Source of the DNA: Antedon mediterranea
Taxonomy: Eukaryota > Animalia > Echinodermata
Direction of reading: 5' to 3'
NCBI RefSeq assembly: GCF_964355755.1
Contig: NC_092670.1
Coordinates: 8,732,201 to 8,796,200 of the forward strand
Length of the DNA stretch: 64,000 nucleotides
Part shown: positions 35,203 through 49,135 of the stretch, piece after piece
Position numbering within the stretch: position 1 is the stretch's first letter
Layout of the letters: each line of letters starts with the position of its first letter
The notes under the pieces: model-generated
Told to the model about the DNA's origin: nothing
The model's database searches: none
The model's input: the letters and a program-made list of their open reading frames with translations, nothing else
Translations under genes and position numbers: made by a program

Positions 35203-38184
35203 ATGATATTTAACTTAAATGACATTAACCCTAATGATGATATCAATATTGAAGAAACTAAATATTACCAGATAAACGATTTTAATCTAAGTTTTAAGAA
35301 CTCGATACATGCCAATCACTTCTCCATTCTAAGCCTGAACTGCCGTAGCATGGTCAACAAATTCGATGATATTTTGAATCTGATTAATTCAATAAATCAC
35401 TCCTTTTCAATTATTGCCCTAGAAGAAACATGGATTTCTCCAAATTCTACAACATCACTGTACGAAATACCAAAATATACATTTATTCATAAAGATAGGA
35501 TAGGACGAAGAGGAGGAGGAGTTGCTCTCTATCTATCAGAAACCCTTAGTTACGAGATGCGAAATGACCTCGCTTCAATACTGACCGAAGGAGAATCTAT
35601 ATTTATTGATGTTAAAATAGAAAATAAAACAATATCTTACGGAGTAATATATAGGCCCCCTGATACAAATGTACAAACTTTCAACAATCAGTTGTCAATA
35701 GTCATGCAGATGATTAACAAAGAAAATAAGCTAGCATACATTACTGGTGATATGAACTTAGACATTAGCCAACACATGAGAGACAAAAACATCGAATCCC
35801 ACCTTGACAATATCCAGTCCCAGTCCTTCACTTTTCTTATTAATAAGCCCACAAGAATAACAGAAAACTCTGCTTCCATAATAGATAATATTCTCTACAA
35901 TTCCCATCTAACAAATAACATAAACAATGGTATCATATATTCGGATATATCCGACCACCTTCCAATATTCTGCATAAACACATCCGAAACTCACCATTAT
36001 CATAACAACGTATACTGTTATAAGCGCGAAAACAAACAGTACAACATTGATCATTTTAAGCATGAACTTGCAAATCAACAATGGCAGGATGTCCTAGAAT
36101 CAAATGACGCAAACAAAGCATATCAACATTTTTCCACAACTCTGCAATCATTAGTTAATATATGCTTTCCAATAAAAAAGATAAAACTTAAAGCTAATAA
36201 ACTTCAATCTCCTTGGATAACGGAATCAATTGCTAAGTCAATTGTTACTAGAAACAAATTATATAGCAAATACAAACGTAGACCGACAAACATAAATAAA
36301 TCTAAATATACAAACTATAGAAACGTACTTACCAATATTATTAGAAAACGAAAAAAGGAATACTATTTTAATAAATTTGAAAAAAATAAAAATAATATGA
36401 AAGAAACGTGGAATGCCATTAATCAACTTTTAGGTAGGAAGAAAAAATCCAAACTGCCATCAAACCTAAAACATGTGACAGAGACATACACTAACCCAGA
36501 AACAAAATCCGATGCATTCAATTCTTACTTTATTAATATTGGGAAACAATTAGCTGACAAAATTAACCATGATAACAACCCTGCCATTGATCCAACGTCA
36601 TATTTGACTGGTAACTACCTTAATTCTATGTATTTCAGACCCACAACAGAATACGAAATAATGACATACATTAATAAATTAGAAACAGATAAAACACCAG
36701 GTCACGATGATATCAGTGCTTACTATATCAAGTACAATTCCGTCTACCTTACAAAACCTATTTTACACTTAATAAACGTTTCACTCGCCACTGGCCGATT
36801 CCCTGATGAACTAAAATGTGCCAAAACTATACCTGTTTTTATAAGTGGCGATAGGCAAAACCTTAATAATTATCGACCCATATCAATCTTACCATGTCTT
36901 TCTAAAATATATGAAAGAGTTGTCTACGACCAAACCATTTCATACCTTAATAAATACAACATAATAAATCAATCTCAATATGGATTCCGACAAAAACATT
37001 CAACTGCACATGCTCTACTACACACACTATAAAAAATAACATCAGCAATTGATAACAACTCATTCATTATAGGTGTTTTCCTAGATCTGTCGAAAGCTTT
37101 CGATACGATCGATCATAGAATTCTAATCAATAAAATGGAATGCTATGGCATACGTGGTATTGTGTTAGACTGGTTCAGGAGTTACCTAAACCACAGAACT
37201 CAGTATGTTACTATTGAATCACACAAATCAATAAAAAGAGAAGTAAAAGTTGGTGTTCCACAGGGATCTATCATTGGCCCATTGCTATTTTTGTTATTTA
37301 TAAATGACATATTTTGTGTAAGCAAAGTTGTTGAACTTATCATATTCGCGGACGATACAAACATATTCCTCAAACATAATGACCCCATAGTTGCATGTAA
37401 TATACTAAACTGCGAATTACAACGACTAACCACTTGGTTTAGAGCTAACAAACTCTCAATTAATACAAATAAAACTAAATATATAATCTTTAGAGGGCGC
37501 CAGAATTTAACCGACTTCACAGACATGCAACTATACGTAAATAACACCACACTCGAAGAGGTAACCCATATCAAATTCTTAGGAGTTACCTTAGACAAAT
37601 TTTTGTCCTTCTGTACCCACATTGATGGCATTGCAAACAAAGTTTCAAAGATAATAGGAATTCTGAATAAATTAAAGTATTTTTTACCATATATGACTCT
37701 ATTGCAAATTTATAAATCTATAATCCTTCCCCATTTAACGTATGCAATAGTAGTATGGGGCTCCTTCGGACCAAGTAAATTAAACCGACTTCACATCCTC
37801 CAGAAAAAAGCACTACGAATTATATGCAAAGTCCACTATCAACATCCTTCCCAACCGCTATTTATACAAACCAACACATTAAATATATTCGATCTTTATG
37901 AAAAACATATGGCAATACTACTCTTCCAATTTTATAATAAACAGCTCCCAATTACGTTTGACACTTACTTTCAAACAATTGAATCAACACATAATTATGA
38001 TACCAGGAATAAAAAAAACTATACCACTGTACTAAAAAGAACCAAAATAGGACAACAAAGTATATGCTATAGGGGTGCCAAGACATGGAATAGCCTTGAA
38101 AACTCAGTAAGAGAAATCAAGAGTATAGGACTATTTAAAAAAACAATTCATACTAATCTCCTCAAAAAATATTCTAATACCTAA
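35203..38184 (+). pseudogene. LINE ORF2 (APE endonuclease plus reverse transcriptase) interrupted by one in-frame stop
   Basis: LNCRS, EETW, GDMN, SDHLP, NYRPISILP, FLDLSKAFDTIDH, GVPQGSIIGP and FADDTN. TAA at 37030-37032; the two ORF pieces are in the same frame. Confidence 0.92.
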
Positions 38185-39852
38185 AATCACAACGTATTAT
38201 GAACAAAATATTTTTCATTATCGATTTCTTTTTTTCTTTTTTTTATGAATGATCTATTCTGGTCATATTTTTTAAATTGTTATTACATGTATAATAATAT
38301 ATATATATTTTTTTTTATTCAACTGTCATTTATGATTATTGCTTATTGTCTCTATTGTTTACATATATATTTACTAATTGTTATTGTTTTTATTGTAATT
38401 TATTTATTTATTTAATTTTTCCAATTTTTAATTCTTACATAGGACATCACATTTTAAAGCTTTGCTTATAGTGATGCCCGATTCAATCAATCAATATATA
38501 ACTTTTGCTTAAAACCATGTTCAACTGTAGGCCGTTGCCAATATACAGTAATCTCTCTAAACAATGCTACTTTTAATACTTACAATATTATATGTTTTCA
38601 TCTTTTCCATTGATTGTAAACCTCTAACTAAACTTTCCAGTATTTTATTATTCAACTTCTGTTTCCAATAATAGTCAATATAAACAATTAATTTTTATTT
38701 TATCATTACTGTAAATAATCATTGTATATATTTTATAATTTATATTTATATTGGTCTTGTTTTTTTTGTTTGTAAAAATCTACTGTAATATTATACCTTA
38801 TTGTGGTTACCATTATAACAAATGTACGATTGATTGAATAAAGTTCACATATAATTGATTTGACCAAAATCTAATCAAACTAGCCTATAAGGAGCCTAGG
38901 CTAGTAGGCCTATGTATTATTGTATGAATCAAAATATGAATGAATTATCCTGGCCCTTTAGGCCTAGCCTTAAATAGTTTTCAAAATTAAAAAAAGGCAA
39001 ATCATTTCGGGATTCCTATTATTATTAGACCTACCTAGGCCCTAGGCTAGGCCTTGGCCTATGGGCCCAGGCATACTCTAATCGAGCATGAGATAGTACT
39101 ACCGCAGTAAGATATCCATTATTTACAGGCCTATAATAAGAATAAATTTAACAAAACAATATAAATTATACAAAATCAAGCAAACAATTTTTTTTTAAAG
39201 TTACATAATAATATTATATTGCTTACAAAGGGGCTTTCTATATCTTATCTTGTTGCAAATGTTCATTTTCGTGACGTTTCTACCGATGCTGATTGTTTAT
39301 TGCACGTCCATAAATAAGAGTATTAGATTTTGATATGAGTTGTAAACTCCCTGATTAGAACATTATTAGGCCTATATTGAAACTACTGTGCATTTGTAAA
39401 GTATGTACAACATCGTAAAGTGGGCTACAATTATAGTAGTAAATACATACAAATGTTATTGTCCGGCTTTATTTCACTATAAGGACATACACATTACGTC
39501 ATAACTCTTGTCGCTCATTGGTTGCTTGTTACGATTGCGCTTACGTCTCTTGCGAAAGTTGACTTCAAGTCAACTTTCGTAAGAGACGTAAGAAACGTGA
39601 CGCAAGGGCGTTCATTCAAGCGTAAGATAAAAAATCCCGGTTTCCTGTAAAATCGGAAGAAAACGTCGTAACGCAACAATTGTTAGATCATCGGTTTCCT
39701 GTAAAATCGTTTGTCGTTACCATTTTTCTTACGTTGCGTCAATTTTGTAAATTTTCGATCGTAATCGGTTTCCTGTAAAATCCGCATTTCTTACGACAAA
39801 TCGACGTAGTCGCAACAAAAGTGATGTTCTTACGTCGACAGGAAACCAGCCT

Positions 39853-40244
39853 TTAGTGGTTAAGGAATTGGTACGTGGTAGATGGAATTGTTACGTTATA
39901 TTAGTGGTTATAGAATTGGTACGTGGTTGATAGAATTGGTACGTGGTTGATGGTTGTTACGTGGTTGATGGAATTGTTACGTGGTTGATGGAATTGTTAC
40001 GTGGTTGATGAAATTGTTACGTGGTTGATGAAATTGTTACGTGGATGATGGAATTGTTACGTGGTTGATGGAATTGTTACGTGGTTGATGGAATTATTAC
40101 GTGGTTGACGGAATGTTTACGAGGTTGACGGAATGTTTACGAGGTTGATGGAATTGTTACGTGGTTGTGGAATTGTTACGTGGTTGATGGAATTGTTACG
40201 TGGTTGATGGAATTGTTACGTTACGTGTTTGATGGAATTTTTAC
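39853..40244. repeat. 20-bp minisatellite, right part
   Basis: GTGGTTGATGGAATTGTTAC repeated ~17 times; same family as 29645-29795. Confidence 0.92.
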
Positions 40245-40627
40245 TCGACGAAAATCAAGTTATTCCATTGCAGAAAATTACGAGTATATATTAGTATTTT
40301 AGATAAGCATAATTACCTCTGTGGTCTTATGAAGGCAAATATTACAATTCAGTATTTTACCAGAAAGGATTGTAATTTCACTCTTCCTTGGTCTCACGTA
40401 GATTTAGGCTATTACTAACAAGAGTACCTTTATTTTTAATTTTTGTTTATTTATTTGTAAAACGTTCATAATTGTAACATTTTCAACTAACAAAATTAGA
40501 AAAAAAAACATCTTGGATCTCTATTATTTCTATTTAGGCCTACGGCTATGGAATTATTTAGATTCCACCTTTAAACCTTTGTCAATAATAATACATTTCA
40601 ATTCAATAATAATAATTATTATAATAA

Positions 40628-41573
40628 TTAATTCAATTCAAGATTAATATTAAAAAACAACCTTTTTAAACGTTTTACACTTTTAAATATTTTAATAACT
40701 TTTGGCTGAACTTTTCAACATTTGGCTGCCTTCTGTTTGTATGGTTTTTTGAATAAATATACTTCAATATTTACTTTAATACATCAAATTGCTGGCTGGG
40801 GCAACAAATAAACGAATCAAACATATCTACTGATTAACTTATTTAAAATGATTTTAGAAAATGGAACTTTAAGCTTTTAAACCATCGTCGAGGTTATTCC
40901 CAAAATGTAGGGTCTAGAAACAGCAATGCTGTGACCGGTAGACTGGTCAATCTACAAAAAATGAGGTTTAAAGCTCTGTCTACACTATCAAACTAGTTTG
41001 ATAAAAAAACAAGTGTGATGTGCCCAAATATGGAAGTGATATGACATCATCATGTCCATATATATGGGCACATCACATTTTTTTGTCACATAAAGTTTGA
41101 TTAATTCAATTCAAGATTAATATTAAAAAACAACCTTTTTAAACATTTTACACTTTTAAATATTTTAATAACTTTTGGCTGAACTTTTCAACATTTGGCT
41201 GCCTTCTGTTTGTATGGTTTTTTGAATAAATATACTTGAATATTTACTTTAATACATCAAATTGCTGGCTGGGGCAACAAATAAACGAATCAAACATATC
41301 TACTGATTAACTTATTTAAAATGATTTTAGAAAATGGAACTTTAAGCTTTTAAACTATCGTCGAGGTTATTCCCAAAGTGTAGGGTCTAGAAACAGCATT
41401 GCTGTGACCGGTAGACTGGTCAATCTACAAAAAATGAGGTTTAAAGCTCTGTCTACACTATCAAACTAGTTTGATAAAAAAACAAGTGTGATGTGCCCAA
41501 ATATGGAAGTGATATGACATCATCATGTCCATATATATGGGCACATCACATTTTTTTGTCACATAAAGTTTGA
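40628..41573. repeat. Recent 473-bp direct tandem duplication
   Basis: 40628-41100 and 41101-41573 are nearly identical; the breakpoint truncates the MITE in the first copy. Confidence 0.95.
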
Positions 41574-41595
41574 TAGTGTAGGCCTAGACAGAGCT
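41445..41595. mobile_element. Harbinger/Tourist-type MITE, family A (~150 bp)
   Basis: TIR AGCTCTGTCTACACTATCAAAC with TAA/TTA flanks. Other copies at 40972-41100, ~47035-47105, ~51245-51340, 52096-52248 and 53704-53862. Confidence 0.88.
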
Positions 41596-41749
41596 TTAGA
41601 TTGTTCTTGATCGTAGGGTTAAAATTGTAATGTAACTTAAAGTTATATTTCGTCATTACACGTCAGTTAGTCGCTACGTCATTATTTCAATTGAAAGGCG
41701 AAAATCTGGATATGAATACATCGATTTCAATATTTTATTTAAGTCTTAC

Positions 41750-42149
41750 CTTTCCTGCCGACATTTTACTGGACTTTCCTATTAAAAAAGAAAATTTTAT
41801 AATTCAACAAATATTTTATGTTCAATTAAACAAGACAATTATTCATTGAAATATTTTGTACACGAATGTGAAGCACCTTTCTCTCGGATATTTATCAGTG
41901 ACAAAAGACTCGAACATCAACTTACAACTACACCAATATAGGCCTACGGTAAATTTTTTATATAACACCCATTCTCAACAAACAACTCGTATAAAATTAA
42001 AACATGAATTACCAACCTGCGTAAGAAACCCAATGCACTACTGAATAGTTCATAATAAATGCAAAGACAGTGAGTCCAAAACATATTCATAACGTAAATA
42101 ATTATTTACCTGTTATTCCAATTAATTTTTGAAAATCTTTTTGTTCGCA
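41750..42149 (-). CDS. Candidate upstream exons of CHST copy 2 (42110-42149, 41750-41778)
   Basis: Strong acceptors/donors with compatible phases: CEQKDFQKLIGIT-G-KSSKMSAGK|VLHATD. Surrounding intron is homologous to 26318-26665. Confidence 0.5.
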
Positions 42150-43304
42150 CTAAATTGAAAAGAAAATCTGTAATGGATGATTTTAACTGAACGTTTTGTA
42201 TTCGTTTAATGGCAGAATATTTTTATTCGTTGAAATCTCAATCCGACTCATTCTCCATATTCAACTAAATCATGGATAGGCCACAACAGTAGCATATAAT
42301 ATAATTTCTTACTACAAGCATGCACATGGGATGCATATTTTAAGATCTGTCTAGAGAAAAAATCTTTAAACTAATAAACACCTTTGAAATAATAAATAAA
42401 TAAATAATATATTCACAAAGCCTATTGTCTATAAGACGGTTCTCTAATTAGATTATTTATAATAGATTTTTTTCAAGAAAGTTTAAAACTACAAAATTGC
42501 CTTTTTACGTTTCATTTTATTCATCTTTCATGTTTTGGGGGATGATAGACAATTTTTGAAAGAACTATTTGTGGCATAGCGCCATCACACATGTCCAATC
42601 ATCAAGGACGACTAAAGCTATGAATGAGGAGGATAGTAGTCAAAGTTGGTTTTTCTAGCGTACGTATGCCTAAAGTACGCTAGTCAAATCACAGTAATGG
42701 ATCAAAGGTTGTATGCACTTCCCGTGCTTTTAACAGCTTGGATAACTCAAATAATCTGCGTTCAGGTAAGAATCGTATCATTCTCGTACTTAAATTTGGA
42801 TATCTATTTTCCGTTTTAATTACAATACACATAGGCTATGTGTTTAAAATTAGGTTCGGTAAGATCATAAAACATGGATTACTATACAAACACGTCAATA
42901 GCGGTTATTCATAAAGCGCCCTTGTTTCGGGTTATTTAGTCTGCTATCGATCATTCTGATGAAAATTGATTTGGTTATTATATTATTTATAAAGCACTGA
43001 TATTTTATAGCTTTTCCATTTTTATGTAATTTGTGCATGATTTATCTATTATAACAAACAGTTTAGATTTACAGCGTCTATTTAGACAACGAACTTGTCC
43101 TCCTTTTTTTATCCTGCAAAAAAAATCAAAATATTCATAAATATTTCAATAGCTCATCATTCGGTCGTTGTGTGCATAAAAATGTTGTTTCATGTTAAAT
43201 TTATTTAAAATTTTAAATGGATTAAAATTATATGCTAGAAAGGTATCCTCGTAGGCATATGTGAAGCCGAGTAGGCCCTATTCGTAACAAATACAGATAG
43301 CTTA

Positions 43305-43617
43305 ATACTATAACCACGACTTTTGCAACCATTTTTACCACTTGGAGTAACAATTTTATGTAAATTAAATACTATAACCAAACTTTGCAACCATACCTTG
43401 GAGTAACAATTCCATATAATGAAATATTATAACCAACCTTAATTGCAACCATTTTACAACTTGGAGTAACAATTCTATGTAAATAAAATAATGTAACGAA
43501 CCTTTCCAACCATTTTACCACTCTGAGTAAAAATTCTATGTAAATAAAATATTGTAACCAACCTTTGCAACCATACGACTCAGAGTAAAATTTCTATGTA
43601 AATAAAATACTATAACT
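43305..43617. repeat. Degenerate ~55-60-bp tandem repeat, ~5-6 copies
   Basis: AATACTATAACC..TTTGCAACCAT..CTTGGAGTAACAATTCTATGTAAATAA recurs. Confidence 0.8.
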
Positions 43618-45984
43618 TGAAATAATAGTGATATTATAATGATGCATAATACCAGAAGAAGTGGGAAAATGAATTATACCTATATTTTAAGTTTTGAAAA
43701 TCGAACCATGTGGGCCACAAAGTTGTTCCCTCTTGTGGTTCTTCTGTAGGCCTACGTAGACTATGACCGTTTTAATGCAGACCTATACTTGATCATCTTA
43801 TTGATTTTATTTGACTCTTTCTAATGATGGGGTCCGTAATATTGGACGCTGGAGCAGGAACCCTTTCGGCTAACTAACATAAAGCACGTATGCCTACACT
43901 ATGTATAAGATTCATTTATCGACGTAGTAGTTCAACATCCAAATAGTTTATATGTGTTTGTGTTATGAACTATGTAGAACTGCATAGCATTATAATTATC
44001 TCCTTTCGACCTAATCTTCGTTTCATTACAAAGAGCAGCAACGATAAAAGCATTTTGCGAGCCTTTTCGTTAATTGTGACTTATTTTGGTACAGAAATAT
44101 TATCAATTCGAGTCACTTGTGCAATAGGCGTAATAAATTTCTAACTTTCTGATGAATGGTTAGAAATAGCAGCTGTTTATGTGCAATATATCTATGCAAT
44201 TTATTCGCAACGTATAAAATTTCCAGAAATAAAGTGTAATTCATCTCCACCTTTACATTATATTTAATTTAAACTTCTCGTATACGGTCTATAAGTGAAA
44301 TATTATATGGCGTGGATGACGCGTGTGGCATCCGGGTGTGACGCGAATCGCGTTTAACATGACACGATGAATTCAATAGTTTATCGACAGTAGGCCTACA
44401 TGTAGGCATACTACAACTACTTCAGCCCTATTACGAATTACTATTGTTAATCATAGAATATGTGACAGTGTTAAATCTTTTGTAGGTATAGTGTATAGAA
44501 GTTTTTTTATTTTCTAAATAAAAATAATATGTTTTTGATAAAAGAAATTATTATGTTTTCCTACTGCGAGCTCCTTTAGGTTCAATGTTAGAAAAGCACA
44601 ATCAATGATTAAAATTGAGATTTGTGAAATCATGAAAAAACTTACTTAAGACCTTTTCAATTACAGACTCCTCATCCAAAAACATTTTTTTCCTATTATA
44701 AAACCTCCAATTAAGACCCTTTACACACAGTTGATTAAAATTATGAGATTTGTGAAAGCACGTTAAGACCCTTTCCAGTAAGAAACATCGAATTAAAAGC
44801 ATCCCACCTTTATACAGCCCCACCCCAACATCCTCCTCAATTCAACGTATTTTACATAAAACAAAACTAAAAACCTTTAAAAGCCAGCCCATAATTATGT
44901 GTGTTTCTATCGTCCGTCTATTATGGCCACTAACATGCCCAAAAATGGACATTTCTCTGCTGTAATCCCAATCCATTAGAAATGTCCATTTTATATACCA
45001 ATCGTAAATTGATTTATCAGATAATGAAACAATTTGACCATTTATGCCGATATCTTTGACACGTGCTGTGATGTACTAAACGTACAAGTAAAAGCACGTA
45101 CTATGAATCTGATGTCTGTCTTGTTGAACATGTCCAACTTTTATGTTATACACAGTTATAATCATGATTTCAAAATATTTTTTTACATTTCTCAATATTT
45201 TTCCAATAGAAACTACTGTAACTGTAAGTTCTGGAAAAAATGGTTTCTTAAAAACCTCTAATTAGAGATCTTTAAATCAAAGAAAAACAAATAAATACGG
45301 AACTCATATTCATAATAATATAAACACCCTATGATTTATTAACAACCTTCTACTATAAGACATGATAAATACTCGTTCCAAGTACAAGTCCCAAGCCCAA
45401 CCAACATCTCACAATATTCAAACTTTACGCAGATAAACTATTGAGACTTACTTACTAATATTATTCACATATCCTCAGTATAGGGATGGAGTTAGCCTAA
45501 TGTAAGAAATATCATATTTCCATATTATCTGTGTTAACGTTATAATTATATGGATCAATCAATGCTGTACTATCCGTCCAGTCTATTGTGTACAATTTAA
45601 TAAAAACCCTTTGAAGCCATTTCGATCAATATTCGTGTATCTCATAATCCGACATTTACTAACGTATTTGCGACGCTTCAAATTGAGTGATATATGAAAA
45701 TTGACGCAAGAAATATCACATTTCACAGGAAACGCAATATGACGATATAATCAGACGCAAGGCGGAATGATTTTGACACAAGTTAGAAAGCCTCGATATA
45801 ATGTGTGTTTGCAAATACAAAAATATAAGGCATATCAATACATGATCATGTAGAAAAATTCTGATTTAAATAAAATAATTCTCTTAGGCCTATTGAAAAA
45901 TGATAAATATGTAAACGGCAAAACATACGATGTTTATTTTAGTTATTGACAACCTGTCAAGGTATTGCAAATCGAAGGTGCTTT

Positions 45985-46270
45985 AGACAAAATATCAACA
46001 GAAACTAAACTGACGAAATATCAATAGAAACTAAACTGACGAAATATCAATAGAAAATATACTGACAAAATATCAACAGAAAATTTATTGACAAAATATC
46101 ACCAGGAAATTGTAAAAATATCAACAGAAAAATGTACTGAAAAAATATCAACGGAACATTTTTAAAACAGAAAATGCGCTGACAAAATAGCAACAGAAAA
46201 TTAAACTGACAATATCAATCAGAGAAAACTGAACTGACAAAATTTGCACTGAACATTTTCAACAAACATG
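45985..46270. repeat. Degenerate ~24-bp minisatellite
   Basis: AAATATCAACAGAAA..AAACTGAC recurs. Confidence 0.75.
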
Positions 46271-47321
46271 TACTGTAAAATTTATCAAAAGTATCCTCTA
46301 ATTCACAGACAAAATATGAACAGAACAGTTACAAATCGCAACAGACGGGAAGCAACAGACAACATAGATCCATTCGATATCATAAAACAAACAAAAAACA
46401 GACGGTTTGATTAATGTAGCAAATTCCTCAAAGTACAATAATGGCTACAGATGGCATTGTAGTTTAGCATCCAGCCTTCGCTTTTGGATTATGTAATAAA
46501 TCATTTATCTCGTTTCCATTTTAAATAAAAAACAAACACTTAAATATCACAGACGGTGTTAATTGTACAATGAAAAAGAAATAGTGTTTACACTTGGTTG
46601 TTGTTTAACACCTACTCCTGTAGTTTTATAGTACATTTTAAACCTCAATGCGGTATTTTATTATTAAAATAATTGCATTCCCCCAAAACACAATTATTGA
46701 CGCCACTTTCTACGCTACTGAAGAGAATTGAACAAACTATCTAGTGTTATTAAAAACAGAAAATTAATGAAGACCCCTTTATCTATAACGCAACAAAACC
46801 TTATGGAAAATTAAGTTATTCTTAATAAAATATTTTTTCATGAACCAAACAAAAATAAATAAGAAATTTGAGGGGGGTGGGGGATGGGGGGGGGGATTCT
46901 ATTCAAAATATACGTTAATATTTTAATAGTTCAATTGTTCAAACTTTTTTTTAAACTCTCATTTAAATTTTTCTAAAATTCATTTATGACAAATATAGTT
47001 TTCTCTGTGTTTATTTTTAGTATATTGCTTGTAAATCAGTGATATGACTTCATCGTGTCTATGAGCACGTCACTTGTCACATAAAGTTTGATAGTGTAGA
47101 CAGAGATAACAACGTTATATCGCCACTTATCTTTCTATTATAAAACTATGATCAACACAATCTAAAAATACTATTATACAGTATGTCCAATGAGGAGATG
47201 TTTTTAGATATAAATCCGAATTGACAATATGGAAAAATACTGTAAAACAAATGTTTACGTACTCTTCAAAAAATGTATGCACAGATGTAAACCACAGTAA
47301 ACCAGACATGACATAACTTAC

Positions 47322-47387
47322 ATAGGAAGCCATGAGGGCCAAAATAGACAACAAAATAGTATTCGTAAAGACAAAATTCAAGAATTG
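47322..47387 (-). CDS. Candidate signal-anchor (transmembrane) exon of CHST copy 2
   Basis: QFLNFVFTNTILLSILALMASY followed by a GTAAGT donor, in phase with exon 42110-42149. The start codon is not resolved. Confidence 0.3.
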
Positions 47388-48974
47388 CTGTGTGTTGATT
47401 TATGGGTTGTCTCACTTCTGGTTGTCCATAATGTACCTCTAACCAATATTTTTGATTTTTCAAACATCTCTTTATTTTCATATTAAACGAAGTGATGAGC
47501 TTTTAATGACTATTAGTTCTACCATCCAGAACTGATCTTCATAACAAAATATCCAACATTGGCCTATATATCGTTTGCGGTACACCACAATAATATATAG
47601 TTCTGAGTACTGTTGATTTACTCTGATCGTCCTCGGGTTTAGCCTTAACCAGTCCCATCCATTTTCACTTAAATTCCCAGTTTCACTTAAATTCCCAGTT
47701 TCATGTGCTTTCTGCATTCTTATTCATTCGAAACGTTGAGAAACACAACAGTTCTTTTCATAACTTTAATATTTTCTCGTGGTGTACCGCAAACTTTATT
47801 GTCTTCGCCATCATACAAACCTTTCAAATAATGTTATGTATTTCCTTTTTTTAAATTGTGTATGGATCCAGATACCCTTAACCAGTAAGCAAGGTGTAAA
47901 AAATCAATCAACAACAATAATTATGAATATCGATTAACACGATACATATCGATCAATCCAATACTAAGTTACAAGTGTTTGTCTGGATCGTCATTTAGAA
48001 ATTCCTAGTAAAATTCATTGCAAAACCTGTGTGGTCTTTTTTCTATTGTTCTGTTCTTAACGGCTAAAATATCTCGGGTATTATTTTTCAGTTTTTAGTC
48101 ACTTCAACATGAAAATCTAAACCTTCTTTATTAAATCGTATAGACAGCCCCAAATACTGACTTAATGAATTACAGACAATTGTCGATTCGAAATCGGCGC
48201 AAGTTTAATGTTATAATTAGCCATTCTCCATCATTGAAATATATTGATCTGTTTGTCTTTTCATCTCCATACATCTTTTGTTTATAATGGTTTCATATAA
48301 GCCGAAATAATAATGGGCAAATCGATGAAAGATGAGCAATATTCAGTATTCAAATGTTACCGGTAACTGACTTTGCTGATGCTTTTGATACCGTTCAGTT
48401 AGTACACCTGTATCAATTTAATTTATTTCTGTGTATTGTCTTTTTTTTTTAAGTAGGTCCGGAACATTTTATTGTAATTAAAGGATTGATGTTCAAACGC
48501 GTACCGTACCTAAAGGACCTATACTTTCTCCCAAGTCTGTAGTTATTCCGAGGCTGTATGAAACGCCATATGTGCCAAAATATTTATCTTTTTACTAATA
48601 TTAAGTCAAAACTACAGAAATACAGGACCATACGCTGAAGCTATACCTTCTGATTACTTAACCGTATTGGTTAGTCAGTTTTATCTCGAAAAATAATCGA
48701 ATTCAAAAATTGGGACACGATCTATTATAGGAAAAATCAAAGACGTGTTTAAGTTACGTGTTGTATTAATCATCAGACGCATTCAAGTTAAATCTAAAAT
48801 CAACTTTAATAAACGAATATCACAATCATTAATTTCTTTACATTAAAATAACATATCCGCAATTCAACACATATTCGTTTATATTATTTTATACTCTAAC
48901 TTGTCCTTGTTTATGCGCTATGCAAAAAGCTATTCATTGCATAATGTCAATGGCCGAACAGTGATAGAACGTAT

Positions 48975-49135
48975 AGTCTTCCCGGATATGTTATAGTAAG
49001 CACTTCAAAACATACGCTCAGCGTACATCATTAGTCCGTGTGAAAACCTACTATACTATATTTCGAAATGAGTAGGAGATTACCCCGGTGTATCAGTTCC
49101 ACACTTCCCTTATAGACGGTGCCTTATACGGCTGC
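48975..49135 (+). mobile_element. Old degenerate Deu/Nin-SINE fragment (another at ~54310-54440)
   Basis: TTCGAAATGAGTAGGAGATTACCCCGGTGTAT..CGGTGCCTTATA, similar to 25676-25710 and 54362-54437. Confidence 0.55.

Larger units (their letters stand above)
33930..38862 (+). mobile_element. Near full-length Crack/L2-group LINE
   Basis: ORF1, ~690-bp spacer, EN-RT ORF2, and an AT-rich 3' UTR with a stem-loop (~38441-38480), AATAAA and a TTGATTTGA tail. The 5' boundary is approximate. Confidence 0.88.
29796..39852. mobile_element. Left-truncated PIF/Harbinger-like element hosting two nested insertions
   Basis: Right end ...GGAAACCAGCCT|TTA; subterminal GGTTTCCTGTAAAATC repeats (39639-39782); palindromic AAAGTTGACTnnAAGTCAACTTT blocks at ~33642 and ~39556; encodes a MADF protein. 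The left boundary is approximate. Confidence 0.6.

Noticed and set aside
47573-47794. MITE defined by the 16-bp inverted repeat GTTTGCGGTACACCAC
   Set aside because: Single copy in the window and no TSD; insufficient support.
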